64,000 nt of DNA from assembly GCF_001194135.2 (NCBI RefSeq), contig NC_068983.1, positions 35,660,705 to 35,724,704 on the forward strand. The letters are read 5' to 3'. A program made the translations under genes and the position numbers. The first letter of the stretch is position 1. The number at the start of each line of letters is the position of its first letter. The notes beneath the pieces were generated by a model. That model was not told the origin of the DNA and did not search any database. It was given only the letters and a program-made list of their open reading frames with translations. Positions 12,721 through 26,916 of this stretch are shown here, in pieces. Source of the DNA: Octopus bimaculoides (taxonomy: Eukaryota).

Positions 12721-12821
12721 GGCATAGTCTGTAAGGAGACTTCTTGTCTCTTTTGAACATAATTTGCTGGGATCATTCCTTCTCTGCCATATGAATTTTT
12801 AGCTTGGTACCAATTAGGGTC
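12721..12821 (-). CDS. CSK: Csk exon, C-terminal half of SH3 plus linker (101 nt, phase 0 to 2): [34 protein letters not shown]
   Basis: Acceptor TTATTTTAG, donor GTGAGT (plus-strand actcac at 12715-12720). Matches recalled human [29 protein letters not shown]...LMP. It ends in CC, which needs one further base to complete Pro; both SH2 exons begin with A. Confidence 0.95.
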
Positions 12822-14981
12822 CTAAAATAAAAAAAATTAAAACTAATTAAACACAGGAAACTAGAAGTATTAAAATGAAGAATTTTCCTTTTATCTTTTT
12901 GGTACCAACCCACCTCAGACTATGCAAAACTTCTTTTAAAACGTTCCTATCTAAATTAAAAATCTTCCAACCTAATTTTATGTAAGAAATTTATTTTTTT
13001 AATTATGTTCCAAACATCAGCTTAATAATGAAAATGTTAGTTATTTTATTAAATCCCTTCAAATTCTTTGTTATTTAGGAAAATACTGAAACATAGTGAC
13101 TTCCATTAAAAATATAGTTTATAAAAGTGCTACAGAAGTGATAGTTGGAGAACAGCTGATTATATTTCCCTCAGAAATTGATTGATATTTCATTTTATCA
13201 ACCCCAAGAAGGGGTTTCACACCTTGATACTGTCAGTGCGTGTGTGTGTAGTAAGGGTGCACAGCTAAGTAAACAATACTGGACCCACATGGGTTTGACT
13301 CCTGGACTGGACCGCGTGTTGTCTCTTTAACACATAATGCATGACGGGCCACGATCGTAGCTCAGATAGACATTTAATTTATGGACGTTTGATGGAGTAT
13401 AATGTCACTCAAACATTCTGATACCCCCCAGAATGCAAGGGGACTAATAGTTCAACTAATGACTTTTCAGATGATGTAGAACTTGACACCATTATATACT
13501 AAGAAGATATTTTAACTATTTTTGTTTTTTATGTGTGCATGGTACTCTCATTTTCATAAAATGTGCCCAGCAGTCCATGCTATGCAAGTGCAAATCCTAG
13601 CGCTTTATGGGTTAAGCTTGGCCCTAGTTTATTCAGCTGAAAAATGAGTATTAATCTAGTACTGGTGTAGACTTCTGTACCTCCAGCTCTCACATCCTTG
13701 ATGCTCTGCTGGGCATGGATGAGCGGGCTAAGAAAGTGTCTATGGCTGCTCACAACTACAGGAGCTTCTAAAACAATTGGCAAAAGCACAGTACATGTTT
13801 CCAAGTCAATATACACTCGACAGTGATGGCTATGTTTTTGGCTTATGTGTGCGTCTCCTTTGTACATGGACACCAATGATCAAGTCTACCAAATTCTCAG
13901 TATCAGGTGTAATAATATAACTTACTGCTATTAGTTAGTGGAAGTAGGGTTGTTGAAATACGTGAAGTCATCGTCAACATTACTGTTGTTTTAACGTCAA
14001 CTTTTCCATGCTTGAATGAGTCAGATTTTCTACAGCTGGGTGCCCTTCCTGTCACCAGTTCTCACCCTGTTTCTAAGTAAGGTAATATTTTCCCATGAAA
14101 TATTACCTTTTATATATATATATATATATGATAGGCCTCTTTCAGTTTCTATCAACCAAATCTACTTAAAAGTCTTTGATTGGCCTAGAGCTATAGCATA
14201 AGACACTTGCCCAAGGCGCCACACAGTAGGACTGAATTTGAAACCCTGTGGTTAGGAAACAAATTTCTCACTACACAACGACAGCTGCATCTAGTGCTGA
14301 GTTCAGCTTTTGTTGCAACAAGTTACTGTGAAAGACCCACATCTTACAAGGTGATTTGTCTCGTTTAAAACTAGAGAACTTAGGTAAAAATATTAGCCCC
14401 TATGGTGTCTTGTATTTCAAGAAAAGACTAACTTAGCTTCAACTACAATTTAAAGTTTTCTTCACAAGTGGTAGCTAACCCTATTTATTTATTCCTCAAA
14501 CTACATGGGGACACACATTCAAAGCTTTGGTCCAATTTCTTCAACAAAGTACTTGAGAGATCCACTTTCTCTTGATAGGAAGCTAGTGCCCAGAAGTGCT
14601 GACACTAGACTCCTAACAATTATGTAGAATAAAGTGCCTTGTCTGAATTAGATCAGATTTCATCTTATAATTTGCAAAAGCATGAAGACCAATTAGTCAG
14701 ATAGCTATATTGCTACTATATATAATTGTATGCGAAAAATGAACCATCTCAATTCTGGCATCTGATAACAAACTAACAAGTTATATTGGTATGATAAGGA
14801 ACTCTAACGACAATATCTTAAAAAACAATAGATTTTGTTGTCTTGGGAAGATCATGGTTGTTTGACCCCATGTCAGACCTATTCAAGATCTATTATTAAA
14901 AGGTATTTCAGCTGTAATTACTCGGTGTAATACTCGGTGTAATTACTTGGTGTAATACTACAATGTTTAATGGGGTCCTGC

Positions 14982-15017
<36 letters not shown>

Positions 15018-16773
15018 GATGGCATGTTATATGAGGGAGATTTGACAGCTCATTTTTAGCAAATTGAGTGAATGCATAGAGGGTTTCTTATTGGCAATTT
15101 GATTATGTTTTAACTCTTAGTATTATTTCCCTGCTAACTTGTAACACAGTGATAACATCTAACTATACATACACCCACAACAGGTATATACACCCATTAC
15201 TGGTGTCACAATGTATTTCTGTTTTTAGGACAGAGCATCATTCCTCTAATAACAGAACTTGATCAATTTTATAAAAAATCATTACACCCATAACCATACA
15301 ATTGCATATACTGTAAAAACCCGTGTAATTTAAGCACTTTTTTTTAATCAGAAAAACAAAAATAAACTTTAGTGAGTGCATAAATTACATGAGTAGATTG
15401 CTTCCAGAATTTAAAAAAAAAAATTTTTTTGTTGTTGAAAAATGTAAACATTTATACTGAAAGTTGACTCATTTAATGTCAGAAAAGGTTTTTATAGAAA
15501 AAATATAATGAAGTTGACTTTTATTTATGCTGGATGGTATAACCCTTACTTTTTCTGTGTAAATTTACAAAAAAGCATTAAATGGTTAACTACTTTTTGA
15601 AGTTTGATGTTCATGCTGGTAATCACAGTCTGGGCCATATTTTACATGATGTCAAGACAAGGACGCACACACACACAAACAATTTTTTTCATTTCTCAAA
15701 TTCACTTGCAAGGATTTGGTTTATCTGGAGCTATAGTAGAAGACACTTGCCCAAGGTTCCACATGGTGGGGCAGAACCAGAAACCATGTGGTTGGGAAAC
15801 GAACTTCTTAATGACACAGCCATGCTGGTGGTACGTAAAAAGCACATCCGAACATGGTCGATGCCAGTGCTGTCTGACTGGCTCCCATGCCGGTGACATG
15901 TAAAAAACACTCACTATACACTCGGAGTGGTTGGTGTTAAGAAGGGCATCCAGCTGTAAAAACCTTGCCAGAAACTGTCCAACCCATGCCAGCATGGAAA
16001 GCGGACGTTAAATGATGACGATGATGATGAAGTAGAAAGGTATTTCTTACTTAAAGAATGTCATATGTCACTGATCAGATAGTAGATTCGATCAAAACCT
16101 TTGTGATGATATCAAATGTTATATTGTTAACATGATATTACAACAGAAATGAATATAACAACATGATTCTAATAGGACTCAAACTTATGTTGTCTGTGCT
16201 AAGTTGCTATTCAATATTGAACTGCTGCACCCACGTAAAGCTAAATTTCAATGTATGTCACAGTACCCCGCTATGGTAAGTGAAACAAAAAAGAATTTTC
16301 CGTTTACATGAGTGAAACTACTAAATTTCTATAATGGTAGAGTCTTTGTGTAAGGAAGAAATTAAATCTATACAATGTCAGAATGAAGAGAAGAGGAAAA
16401 TTGATCAGAGCTGATTGGATTCATTGGAATTATTGGAGAAACAGAACAATTCTTGGTGATAAAAACGTCAATATATTTGTTTAGTAGACTGTATCTCAAA
16501 CATGAATGTAGCTGTGCCACATAAAGAGTACCGGAGCTGGTACCACGTAAAAAACACTGGTGCTGGTACCACATAAAAAACACCCAGTACACTCTGTAAA
16601 GTGGTTGGTGTTAGGAAGGAGATCCAGCTATAGAAACTATGCCAAAACAGATGATTGCAGCCCAGTGCAGCTCTCTGGTTTGCCAGCTCCTTTCAAACTA
16701 TCCAATTCATACCAGCATGGAAAACAGGCATTAAATGATGATGATGATGACGACAATTATGAATATATCAATA

Positions 16774-18133
16774 TCTATAAAACACAAGATGTTTGTGTGT
16801 GTACGTGATGTGGGTTATGCACGTCCACAAATTAGCACGCATGTCGCTCCAATTTTAGGAGGACATTGTTCATGACCCTATCTGTGTTTTTGTCAACTTT
16901 TTCTCACAGAGGCACCCGCGTATAGCTGTAAAAATCGATAAACTTTTACCAATTTTGAAGTTTGTTGACATGGCGAAGTCAAATCTGTGCGTACGCGCGT
17001 GAAGGAGAGAGAGAGAGAAAGAAAGAAAGAGAGGGAGAAAGAAAGAAAGAGAGAGAGAAAGAAAAAAGAGAGAAAGAAAGACATANNNNNNNNNNNNNNN
17101 NNNNNNNNNNNNNNNNNNNNNNNNNNNNNNNNNNNNNNNNNNNNNNNNNNNNNNNNNNNNNNNNNNNNNNNNNNNNNNNNNNNNNNNNNNNNNNNNNNNN
17201 NNNNNNNNNNNNNNNNNNNNNNNNNNNNNNNNNNNNNNNNNNNNNNNNNNNNNNNNNNNNNNNNNNNNNNNNNNNNNNNNNNNNNNNNNNNNNNNNNNNN
17301 NNNNNNNNNNNNNNNNNNNNNNNNNNNNNNNNNNNNNNNNNNNNNNNNNNNNNNNNNNNNNNNNNNNNNNNNNNNNNNNNNNNNNNNNNNNNNNNNNNNN
17401 NNNNNNNNNNNNNNNNNNNNNNNNNNNNNNNNNNNNNNNNNNNNNNNNNNNNNNNNNNNNNNNNNNNNNNNNNNNNNNNNNNNNNNNNNNNNNNNNNNNN
17501 NNNNNNNNNNNNNNNNNNNNNNNNNNNNNNNNNNNNNNNNNNNNNNNNNNNNNNNNNNNNNNNNNNNNNNNNNNNNNNNNNNNNNNNNNNNNNNNNNNNN
17601 NNNNNNNNNNNNNNNNNNNNNNNNNNNNNNNNNNNNNNNNNNNNNNNNNNNNNNNNNNNNNNNNNNNNNNNNNNNNNNNNNNNNNNNNNNNNNNNNNNNN
17701 NNNNNNNNNNNNNNNNNNNNNNNNNNNNNNNNNNNNNNNNNNNNNNNNNNNNNNNNNNNNNNNNNNNNNNNNNNNNNNNNNNNNNNNNNNNNNNNNNNNG
17801 GACAGGCTCCTTATTTTTTTGGTTAAGGTTGTTGGTAAGCTTTCCTAAGTTACTCCAATCCAGATCCCCAATGCAAACCTTCAGATCAACCTTCTCCTAT
17901 GCAGATCTCTAATGCAACATTTAAAAAAAGAGTCAATAAGTGAAAATAACCAATAAACTGATTCCTTATGGGATTTCCCAATCAAATTGCCAGCAAATCA
18001 TTTTCAGCCAAACCAATTTCAACAGATTTCGCTCAAATCTGATGTCGATGTTACTTATTTTGGTTTGAAATAAAGGACTTAATCATTTAATAATCCTAGC
18101 TTAATCCCGAGCAGCACCGGGTTATACTGCTAG
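16774..18133 (+). mobile_element. Non-autonomous Helitron spanning a gap
   Basis: The 3' end has a GC hairpin CCCG-AGCAGCAC-CGGG (18106-18121), then CTAG (18130-18133), then T. The putative 5' A|TC start followed by a TG-rich stretch is less certain. Confidence 0.6.
17086..17799. other. Assembly gap (N run)
   Basis: 714 Ns after a GA-rich repeat. Confidence 1.
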
Positions 18134-18452
18134 TATTGGATAAAAAAAAAACCCCTTGGATGAGAAAAAACAGATTTGAACCATGCATTTACTGTATTGC
18201 AGACTCAACAATATGCTTATTCTGAAACAGGAGAGTCAGAAATCAAGCCAATCTAAGCCAAAAGAATGATGAGAATGATGATAATGATGTTCCTTCTCAT
18301 GGTGGTCTTTGATCAGATTGAGCTTGTAGTCACTTGGTGTTGTTGAGTAAATTTGATCAATTTTGAGAGGATGAACGTATATGACATAAATTGGGGCTAG
18401 TCTGAATGCTCAGCATCAACCTGCAAATTGTCTGACATAATCTTGGCTATAT

Positions 18453-18644
18453 TCGTGCAGGTGACACGTAAAAGCACCTACTACACTCTCGGAGTGGTTG
18501 GCGTTAGGAAGGGCATCCAGCTGTAGAAACTCTGCCAAATTTATATTGGAGCCTGGTGTTGCCATCCGGTTGCACCAGTCCTCAGTCAAATCGTCCAACC
18601 CATGCTAGCATGGAAAGCGGACGTTAAACGATGATGATGATGAT
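18453..18644 (+). mobile_element. SINE family T 3' portion ending in (GAT)n
   Basis: GAGTGGTTGGCGTTAGGAAGGGCATCCAGCTGTAGAAAC...CCAACCCATGCTAGCATGGAAAGCGGACGTTAAACGATGATG. Other copies lie at about 15826-16030, 16510-16750, 20770-20990, 29540-29870, 33528-33680, 34136-34410, 44860-45030, 47150-47340, 56140-56330 and 57746-57990. Confidence 0.85.
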
Positions 18645-21064
18645 TGATGTTTATAATATAAAGTTCAGTGGCCATACACTCTTCATTGTGGTTCCTCTTG
18701 CTGGAAGATTGAAAAACAATAAACAGGTGGTTTTCATTTCAATGTTTTAACTGTTACATTGAATAAGAGAAGCAATTATGTACCAACCTCTTCATTGGTT
18801 TGTGATTAAGTATTAAGTCAATTGAGTTGACATTTTTATCCCTTTATCACCTTTGCCTGCCAACTCATTATATTAATTGCCTTTTACATTAATCATCCAC
18901 AACATAGAAGCACTGGAATTTGAAAAAGTGCTAAAAGTAAACCTTAGATCATATATCTGACTTCAATTGATGATTTTGATTGTGAATCCCTAAACCAGAT
19001 CTCAGAAATGTCTTTTAAGTCCTCAAAAGGAACTTGAAAGCCAGTTCCTAGCTCTCCAGAAGAAGGATAAAAATTCTCCCTCAACAGAATGCCACTCTTT
19101 CACAGATAAAATGATTTGGTATTCCTGGTAATTACATTAACAAAGGCATGTCGAATAGAGTGCCTTGCCTAGAAACACAATGAAAATGCTTACAAGAAAT
19201 TTAGAATTGCTCATGTAATATTCTATCCACCTAGCCATTTAGCAACCACTATTCTCAAATATTCATACAAAAATCTTGCATGCCAATTATACTTCAATGC
19301 AAGATTGTTTTATTGTGTACATATCAAGCGATCTGATTAACTGTCAAGCAAGTTTTCAGTGTGTTTTATATCTTGTGTGAGTTAACAGTCAAAACACATC
19401 AAAGTCAGGGATTAATGGTCGAAATTTCTACACAGACAAGAGAGTGTATCAACACTTGACAACCAATTTATTAACTTAATTAGTTTAAAGACATATTTGT
19501 GAGTTGAAACAACAACAACAAAATCTCGCTAAGAATGTTAATAATAATAATACTAAACAACAATGGTACAAAAGTGATTATAAGTGGTGTCTGATTAATC
19601 ACCAACTTAAAAGGTTGATTACTCCTAAACTCTGATATGTTCATGACAATATAAAGATCATAATGATTTCTAAGACAGACAGAAGGCAACAGATGTTGGG
19701 AAATGAACAGTCAATTTAATTTTAAATGTCCAGCCTGTGCTAGTATGGAATGTGGATACGAAATGAGAATGATGATCGTTCAATATTTGACTGGTGATTA
19801 TTTTGTCAAATCTCAAAAGGACGAAAAATGAAGTCAGTCTTGGCTGGATTTGAACCCAAAAGCAATGGGACACAAACTAAACATCACAAAGCTTTTTAAT
19901 TTTTTTTCCATATTGAGTATTTTAAAGATAAACTCAAGGACACATATTTAGACAAGAGATCTGTTAATAAAATTGACCCCAAGTAAACCATAGCTGGCAA
20001 ACAAACACTGCTAAACACAATGAAGTGGGGTGTCTTCTTTTTTTTTTTCTTAGTTTTGCTTTTTTTACATTGAGTATTTCAAAAATAGACACCAGGACAC
20101 ACATTTTTAGAAGTGATATCAGTCAATTCATCCAACATCTAACTCACTAGATTTAGTATTGGAAGAAAGGTTAACAATAGTGATAGTTGGGTTTTGACAT
20201 GTTTCATATAACATCAGAAGTACTTATTTTTCATTTAATATCAATGGTTTAGAATGCGCACTTTTAATTAAGCACTTCCATTCCATTTGAGTGCACTTTT
20301 GCAACTGAAACAGTTCTTAAGTATTCAAAGTTGCCTATTAGAACCATTTAAAAAAAAAATTTAATTAATAACCTCTTATCTTTCATCTCAACAGTCATGA
20401 CTACATCCAATTAGATTATACCAAAGATGTACTGAAAAGTTTTGAAAAATCTAAAGCAAAGCTTTTGGCTTGATGTTTCTTCAATGTTTTCCAATCTGCT
20501 TTTATAACTGATAAGATATAAAAGGAAAAAAAATTACTTCTTTCACTTTTTCTCTTTTGAAGAAACTATCTTTTTTCCATGCTAAACTGAGTAGAAAGGA
20601 AAAATTGTTTTCTCAACTGCTAACTACTTAATCATGCCAAGTAAGCAAAGTGAGGTAAACAGAAAGAAGAACTTTAAGGAAACAAGTGATGGTTTGCATT
20701 GATATCCATCAATTCTGAGATTTAAAGCAGGGTCTTTGAACTTCATATTTCATAAATGAGGCAACTATCATCATCATTTAATATCTATCTTCCAGACTAG
20801 CATGGGTTGAACGGTTTGACAGGAGTTAGCAAGCTGGAGGACTTCACCAAGCTCTACCATCAGTTTTGGTATGGTTTTTACAGCTAACCACTTTACAGGG
20901 TTTTAATGTCAACCTCTTTACAGAGTGGACTAGATGCTTTTTACAAGGAACAGGGTGATCTTTACTTGGCACTGGGTACTTTTTACATAGATATGTGTTT
21001 TGATTAAGGCTATCATAACACATGGCTCAGAGAACTTTTAATTATGTGGCCAGTGGTTCAGCAA

Positions 21065-21285
21065 CTTAACCTTTCTGTTACCATATTTCTATTGAAACAG
21101 ACTGTCTTGGCATCATTTAAAAACAAATAATTTAGTAAATTAACTGTGTCATTATTAGACTGGAGATTAGAACATATATATGAAATTTTGATGAAAGGTC
21201 TTAATTTAAAATTCTTGGAAACAAGAATTTTTGTACCCTAGTATCAAAGACAGCCACAGGCGAGTTGGTATGAAAGGGGTTACCC
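21065..21285 (-). mobile_element. Older, diverged relative of the piggyBac-like MITE (similar remnants at about 12895-13100 and 35154-35372)
   Basis: TTAACCTTTCTGTTACCATATTTCT...TTGGTATGAAAGGGGTTA, with internal similarity to the 51089 unit. Confidence 0.5.
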
Positions 21286-21679
21286 TCACTGTTAGGACTG
21301 CAGTGATAGAGAATGAAATTTTGTTTAAGAATTTTAACCTTGCTACTAAAGTAAAATGATGTCCAAATAAGTTTTCTTTATGCTAACATAAAAATCCCTT
21401 CCAAGTTTAATTTAGACATTTGGTGGGTAATTACCAAAACAAAAATAAGATAAAGAGTCAGGAAATAATTTTGACAAAAATAAACAAACTAAGTATTTTA
21501 TGAGTAAAAAGAAAATTCTAAGGAAAATCTCTTTTGGGAAGGAAGGTTATAGAATATTGTAGGTTAGCAAGTTGAAGAAAAGAAGATGCAATGAGACATT
21601 TTGGGTGCAGTCAGGATGGAAACGGGGAGTGCAAAGGTTGTTATATTAAACAAAGAAAAAAAGTGGTTGCACACACGTG

Positions 21680-21735
<56 letters not shown>

Positions 21736-23246
21736 CTTAGGAGCAAAGGGAAAAGTTCAGTCTCAGTTTCTAAAACCATCCCAGGAACTCGTGATTAAAA
21801 GGAGTGTACACCAAATAGATGAGAAAAATATTGCATAGAGGTGGGTGGTATCAACAGCAAATAGTTTCATCTTTGTCACATATACTATTGTGATTAGTAT
21901 TAGTAAAAGAATCCAGTTGTAAAATCATCAATGTTAAGAAAAGAAAAATGCCACTAGTTACATATTATTACACATCTGCTGCTGTAAAAGCTGTTAACTG
22001 GTACAATTTGTATTAATCATGAAAGTAGGGGAGGAAAATAGATAAGAACTGAAATTACCACATAAATTGCATAGTAAGTTATTTGTTGGTGAAAAGTTAG
22101 TTCACAAGACCAGAAAGCTTTAAACAAGATAAGGTTCAGGGGAGTTACACAAATCTCTTACACAAGTATCAACATTGAAAACGTTTGTTAAAATAGACTA
22201 GCTTTACAAAATATTAAATGTCAGTGTTGAAGGCGTCATCATTGATGTCATCATCGTTGTTGCAATTTCACATTCCACCTCTCATAAATCTCAATGAATT
22301 TATACCAGTTAGGAGGAAAAAAAAATTGCAATGGGTGCAGACATCACAATGTGGTTAAGAAGTTTGCTTTGGAACTATACGTTTATGGTTCAATTCCAAG
22401 GCAGACTATGGCCACAAGCTAGCCAATACTTTATTTTCTAAGTGAATTGGTTGATGGTAACTGCAAGAAGCCCCTCATATATGTGTGTGTGTGTGCGTGC
22501 GTGCACACATTGATGTGTTGTGCCCTTCCCTGCCTTGACATCTGTTTGCAGATTAGAAGCAAGATCTCTATTCACAAAGTGTCATTGTTTACAGTCTCCA
22601 TCTCCCACCCCTTCACAAAATAAATGAAACAAGTCCAGCCATTGTGCTGTTCCTTGTTTGAAGGAACAAGTTAAATAAGAGCCAGCTTGAAAACAGGTGA
22701 GGGAAGGAAGGTGTAAAGAAGTGTATCCAACAGTAGGAAATCTACCTCAACAAGTTTTTGGTTCACTCAGGCAAGTCTAGAAAAGTCAATGTTAAAACTA
22801 TGTAGATGATGATGATGAGGATGGTGGTGGTGGTGATGCTGGTGGTGATAATGACGGTGACAAAGTATGTGATCTGGTGGCCATTTCTAGGCAAACTGAA
22901 TCTTACAATCAATCAGGTTTCAATGCTTGATTGTTATAACCCCCATTTACATCATTTATGCCTCACAAACAAAATGGGGCTATCAACAAGCTGAAGTAGT
23001 TCAGTCCCAGATCCCCTCTGCCTTTCAGTTCTCTGAAGTTGTTAACAGAGTCCCAACAAAGAATTAAGGTTAATTTAATCCTCAAAATGTTTGGTATTGT
23101 GCCTGTGATAGAAATTCTCATTATCTCCCTAATGTTGACTTTTACTGTTCATCCCTTCTAAGTGCTAGGTCCAAATTGTGGTTTTGTACCAATATAAGAA
23201 ATCATCAGTCATTATCAGCATCATCACTATAATATCAAATAGAGAA

Positions 23247-23303
<57 letters not shown>

Positions 23304-23305
<2 letters not shown>

Positions 23306-23520
23306 GGCAGTGAGCTGGCAGAATTGTTAATGCACTGGATGAAATGCTTAGTGGTATTTCACCTGTCGCTACGTTCCGAGTTCATATTTCATCGAGGTCG
23401 ACTTTGCCTTTCATCCTTTCGGAGTCAATGAATAAGCACCAGTTGAGTACTGGGGTCGATGTAATCGACTCCCCCCCCACCACCACAACTGCTGGCCTTG
23501 TGCCAAAATTTGAAACCATT
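23304..23520 (+). mobile_element. SINE family M, full copy
   Basis: AAGGCAGTGAGCTGGCAGAA head, GAGTTCA B-box-like motif, GTCGACTTTGCCTTTCATCC core and (ATT)n tail. Confidence 0.85.
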
Positions 23521-23676
23521 ATTATTATCATTATTATTTACTGCAAATCCTGTTGGAGGTAGCTTTACATTTTTGAACTCTAAGTCAATAAAACAAGTAC
23601 CAGTAATATACTGATTGTTGATTTAATTGCTTATACTCCTCTGACCAAATTTGTGGCTTTTTACCAATGTTATAGA

Positions 23677-23717
<41 letters not shown>

Positions 23718-24107
23718 AGAGCAGTGGTGCAAAGATAATTTCTTTTTCATTAGAGAGAAATTAATTCATATCAGAACTACATGCCATAAAATTAATAATT
23801 AATTGCCAATCAACTTGGTAATTTTCTACTAAATTACTCTGCTTTGAGGATCTGACAATCCACACAGCTACACTAAAAACCAAATAAGATCCTTGTCTAA
23901 GTACATCATAGTAAAGCACCTGGAGTATGAATTCAAAACTTATGGGGTCAACAGACCAACACCTTACCTTTGAAGAAAGGTAATGAAAATAAGAATGTCA
24001 GTATATATCAATTAACAAGTGCAGTCAGTTTGGGAAGAGAGGTAAATACACCCAAACTGAAATTTGTCAACAAGTTTTAATAACAAGATTTTGACAAAAT
24101 GAGCATT

Positions 24108-24514
24108 GGCATGGCTGTGTGTGTGATAAGAAGCTTGCTTCCCAACCACATGGGTTCAGGTTCAGTCCCACAGTGTGACACTTGGATGTTTTCTACTATA
24201 GCCCTGGGCTAACCAAAACCTTGTGAATAGATTTGGTAGGCTGAAAAGCCCATTGTGTGTGTGTATGTGTATTGTGTTGCTCTCGGCTTAAGTTGACTTC
24301 ATGTGACAGTTGTAAGTGAGTGTCACCGACATACAAGCAATGTTCTTTATTTCCAATCTTCAGTGAAAACGTGTCAGGTCATCTGGAAATATTACCTTAC
24401 TTGGAAACTGGTGAGGAGTGGCTACAGGAAGGATACCAACCTGTAAAAAATCTGCCTTAACAAATTCTGTCTGACCCATGTGAGCATTAAAATGACGACA
24501 ATGAAAATGACGAT
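24108..24514 (+). mobile_element. K-type head joined to an RTE-like 3' tail (CTTACTTGGAAAC..GGTGAGG..GG..ACAGGAAGG..CC..CTGTA..AAA...GACCCATG..(GAT/GAC)n)
   Basis: Head as in family K. Body and tail are shared with 22345-22810, 25110-25395 (minus) and 36460-36710. Confidence 0.65.
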
Positions 24515-24542
24515 GTCTGTGAGTTCCATTCTGACTTATATC

Positions 24543-24796
24543 CAGGGCTGTGGAGTCGAAGGAAAAAACTTTGACTCCGACTCCTCTACTATTGGCACCT
24601 CCGACTCCTCTTTATGTAATTAAGTGATTGTGGACTACATATCCCATAAAGCATAAGCATACGCTTGTACTTATATGTTATAACTGGTTTATATTAAAGA
24701 ATAAAGACATTGTGAGTTGGAGTTGGTATAGTTTTACTGACTCTGACTCTGACTCCAGCTACCCCTTAATTGTTTCTGACTGACTCCACAACCCAG
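24543..24796. mobile_element. hAT-type MITE
   Basis: Imperfect TIRs CAGGGCTGTGGAGTC / GACTCCACAACCCAG, subterminal GACTCC/GAGTTG repeats, and a perfect 8-bp TSD CTTATATC at 24535-24542 and 24797-24804. Confidence 0.85.
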
Positions 24797-26415
24797 CTTA
24801 TATCAATATAACTTTTTTTTACATACTAGGACAATAAATCAACAATCAGATTGAATAAACAGAATGTAGAATGAGCATGGTATGGAGTGTTAAGCTGACA
24901 GGATACATTTTATAGCTGCTTCCCAGCTCATCACTTTGATCCTGAAAAGGCTACACACCAACATGGGCCTTACTAGAAACAGTTAAAACAAACTAAAGAA
25001 CTACCAAAACAACTAAGGCCAAAATATCCTATAAATTTAAAAGGGATACATCATCAACAACAACGTTTTAAGGTCTACTTTTCAGACAGAACTTGTTGAG
25101 GAAGATTTTCTACAGCTGGATGCTCTTCCTGTTGCCAGCCCTTACCTGTTTCCAAGTAAGGTAATATTCACAGAAGGCAACACACATCTACAACAATCAT
25201 GCAATATATCAAGGCAAGGTGACAGTAACACACATACATACACACAGACACATATACGACAGGCTTCTTTCAGTTTCTATCAACCAAAACCATATACAAG
25301 CCTTTGATCAGTTCAGAGCTATAGCAAGTGTCACAGTGAGATTGAACCCAGGACCATGTGGCTGTGAAGCAAACTTCTTACCACAGCCATACATATAGAT
25401 TAAAATAGAAAAAAAAAAACCCTGACTATATTTATTGTTTATACTCATCCTCTTGGTATGATAGCATGAACAACGACATGCACTCATGATTAGTAATTCA
25501 TAGGAAAGATGACCTGCCCTACCTCACAAAATATTATGTAACGGAAAAAAAAATCTAATAAAAAGTATTAATAAAAAAAAAATAATGTAACATGAATTAG
25601 TAAATATCTGGAGTAGAAATAACTCAGTAGTCTCAACTGCAATTTCACTTAGCACATATATATTCTGGTATGTGTTAATGAGAATAAATGCTCTGAAAAG
25701 ATCAGGCCTGACGTTGGCAATCATTATGAATCTTGTAAACACTATATAACAGTGACGGTGATGATGATAATGATGATGATGATGGTGGTGGTGATGGTAG
25801 TGGTAATGGTAGTGGTGGTGGTGGTGGCAGAGATGATTGTCAATAATGGAGGTGATAGTTAGTGGTTTCTTTCTTAACCAACAGTCTTAGATTTTACAAA
25901 TTAAAAACAAATTGGAGTTTAAAAATATAATGAACACACAGACATAGCTGTGTGGTAAGCAAGTTGGCTTCCCAAATACTTCCTAGTTCAGACTTGCTGC
26001 ATGGTATCTCAGGCAAGTGCCTTCTACTACAAACCTAGTCCAAGGCCTTATGAGCGGATTTGGTAGACAGAACCTGAAGAAGTCCATCGTACATGTATGT
26101 ATGAGTGTGTATGTGCGCCTGCCTGTGTGATCTGAATTTGTAATTGTATTTCCCCTAGCACTGCTTGACAACTGTTGTTGGTTAGTTCAAGTCCTTGTAA
26201 CTTAGTGATTTGGCAGAAGACTTGTAAACAAGTACTGGTGAGGGTGGGGGATGGGGGTTGATCTATTTAACTAAACCTTTTAAGGATGTGCCCCAGCATG
26301 GCCACAGTCCAATGACTGAAACAAGTATGAGATAAAAATCTAACGTACAGCTTATGATTAAATATTTGTACATTTCTTTGATATTCTTTTTTCTGAAAAA
26401 CAAAGAAAAAAAATT

Positions 26416-26622
26416 GGAGTAGCTGTCTGATAAGAAGCTTGCTTACCAACCACATGGTTCTGGGTTCAGTCCCACTGTGTGGCACCTTCGGCAAGTGTTT
26501 TCTATTATAGCCTCGGGCTGATCAAAGCCTTGTGAGTGGATTTGGTAGACGGAAACTGAAAGAAGTTCGTCGTATGTATGTATGTACGTCTGTATGTGTA
26601 TACGTATGTATGTATGTATGTA

Positions 26623-26711
<89 letters not shown>

Positions 26712-26916
26712 GCATGTGTGTGTTTGTTATTTATGTCTGTGTTTGTCCCTTCCACCATTGCTTGACAACTGATGTTGGTGTGTTTATGTCTCCGTCACTT
26801 AGCGGTTCAGCAAATGAAACTGATAGACTAAGTACTAAGCTTACAAAGAATAAGTTCTGGGGTCGATTTATTCGACTAAAGGTGGTACTCCAGCATCGTG
26901 TTTCAAGTGGTAAAAG
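26416..26916 (+). mobile_element. SINE family K, full structure: tRNA-like head, (TG)/(TA) microsatellite linker, 3' module S
   Basis: GCTGTCTGATAAGAAGCTTGC...GGGTTCAGTCCC...GGCACCTT(G)GGCAAGTG head, long TA/TG tract, then GCTTGACAAC...AGTACTAAGCTTACAAAGAATAAG...GGTGGTACTCCAGCAT. Confidence 0.85.

Noticed and set aside
14925-14960. Short 12-13 nt tandem repeat GGTGTAAT(T)ACTC
   Set aside because: Only about three copies; ordinary slippage duplication.
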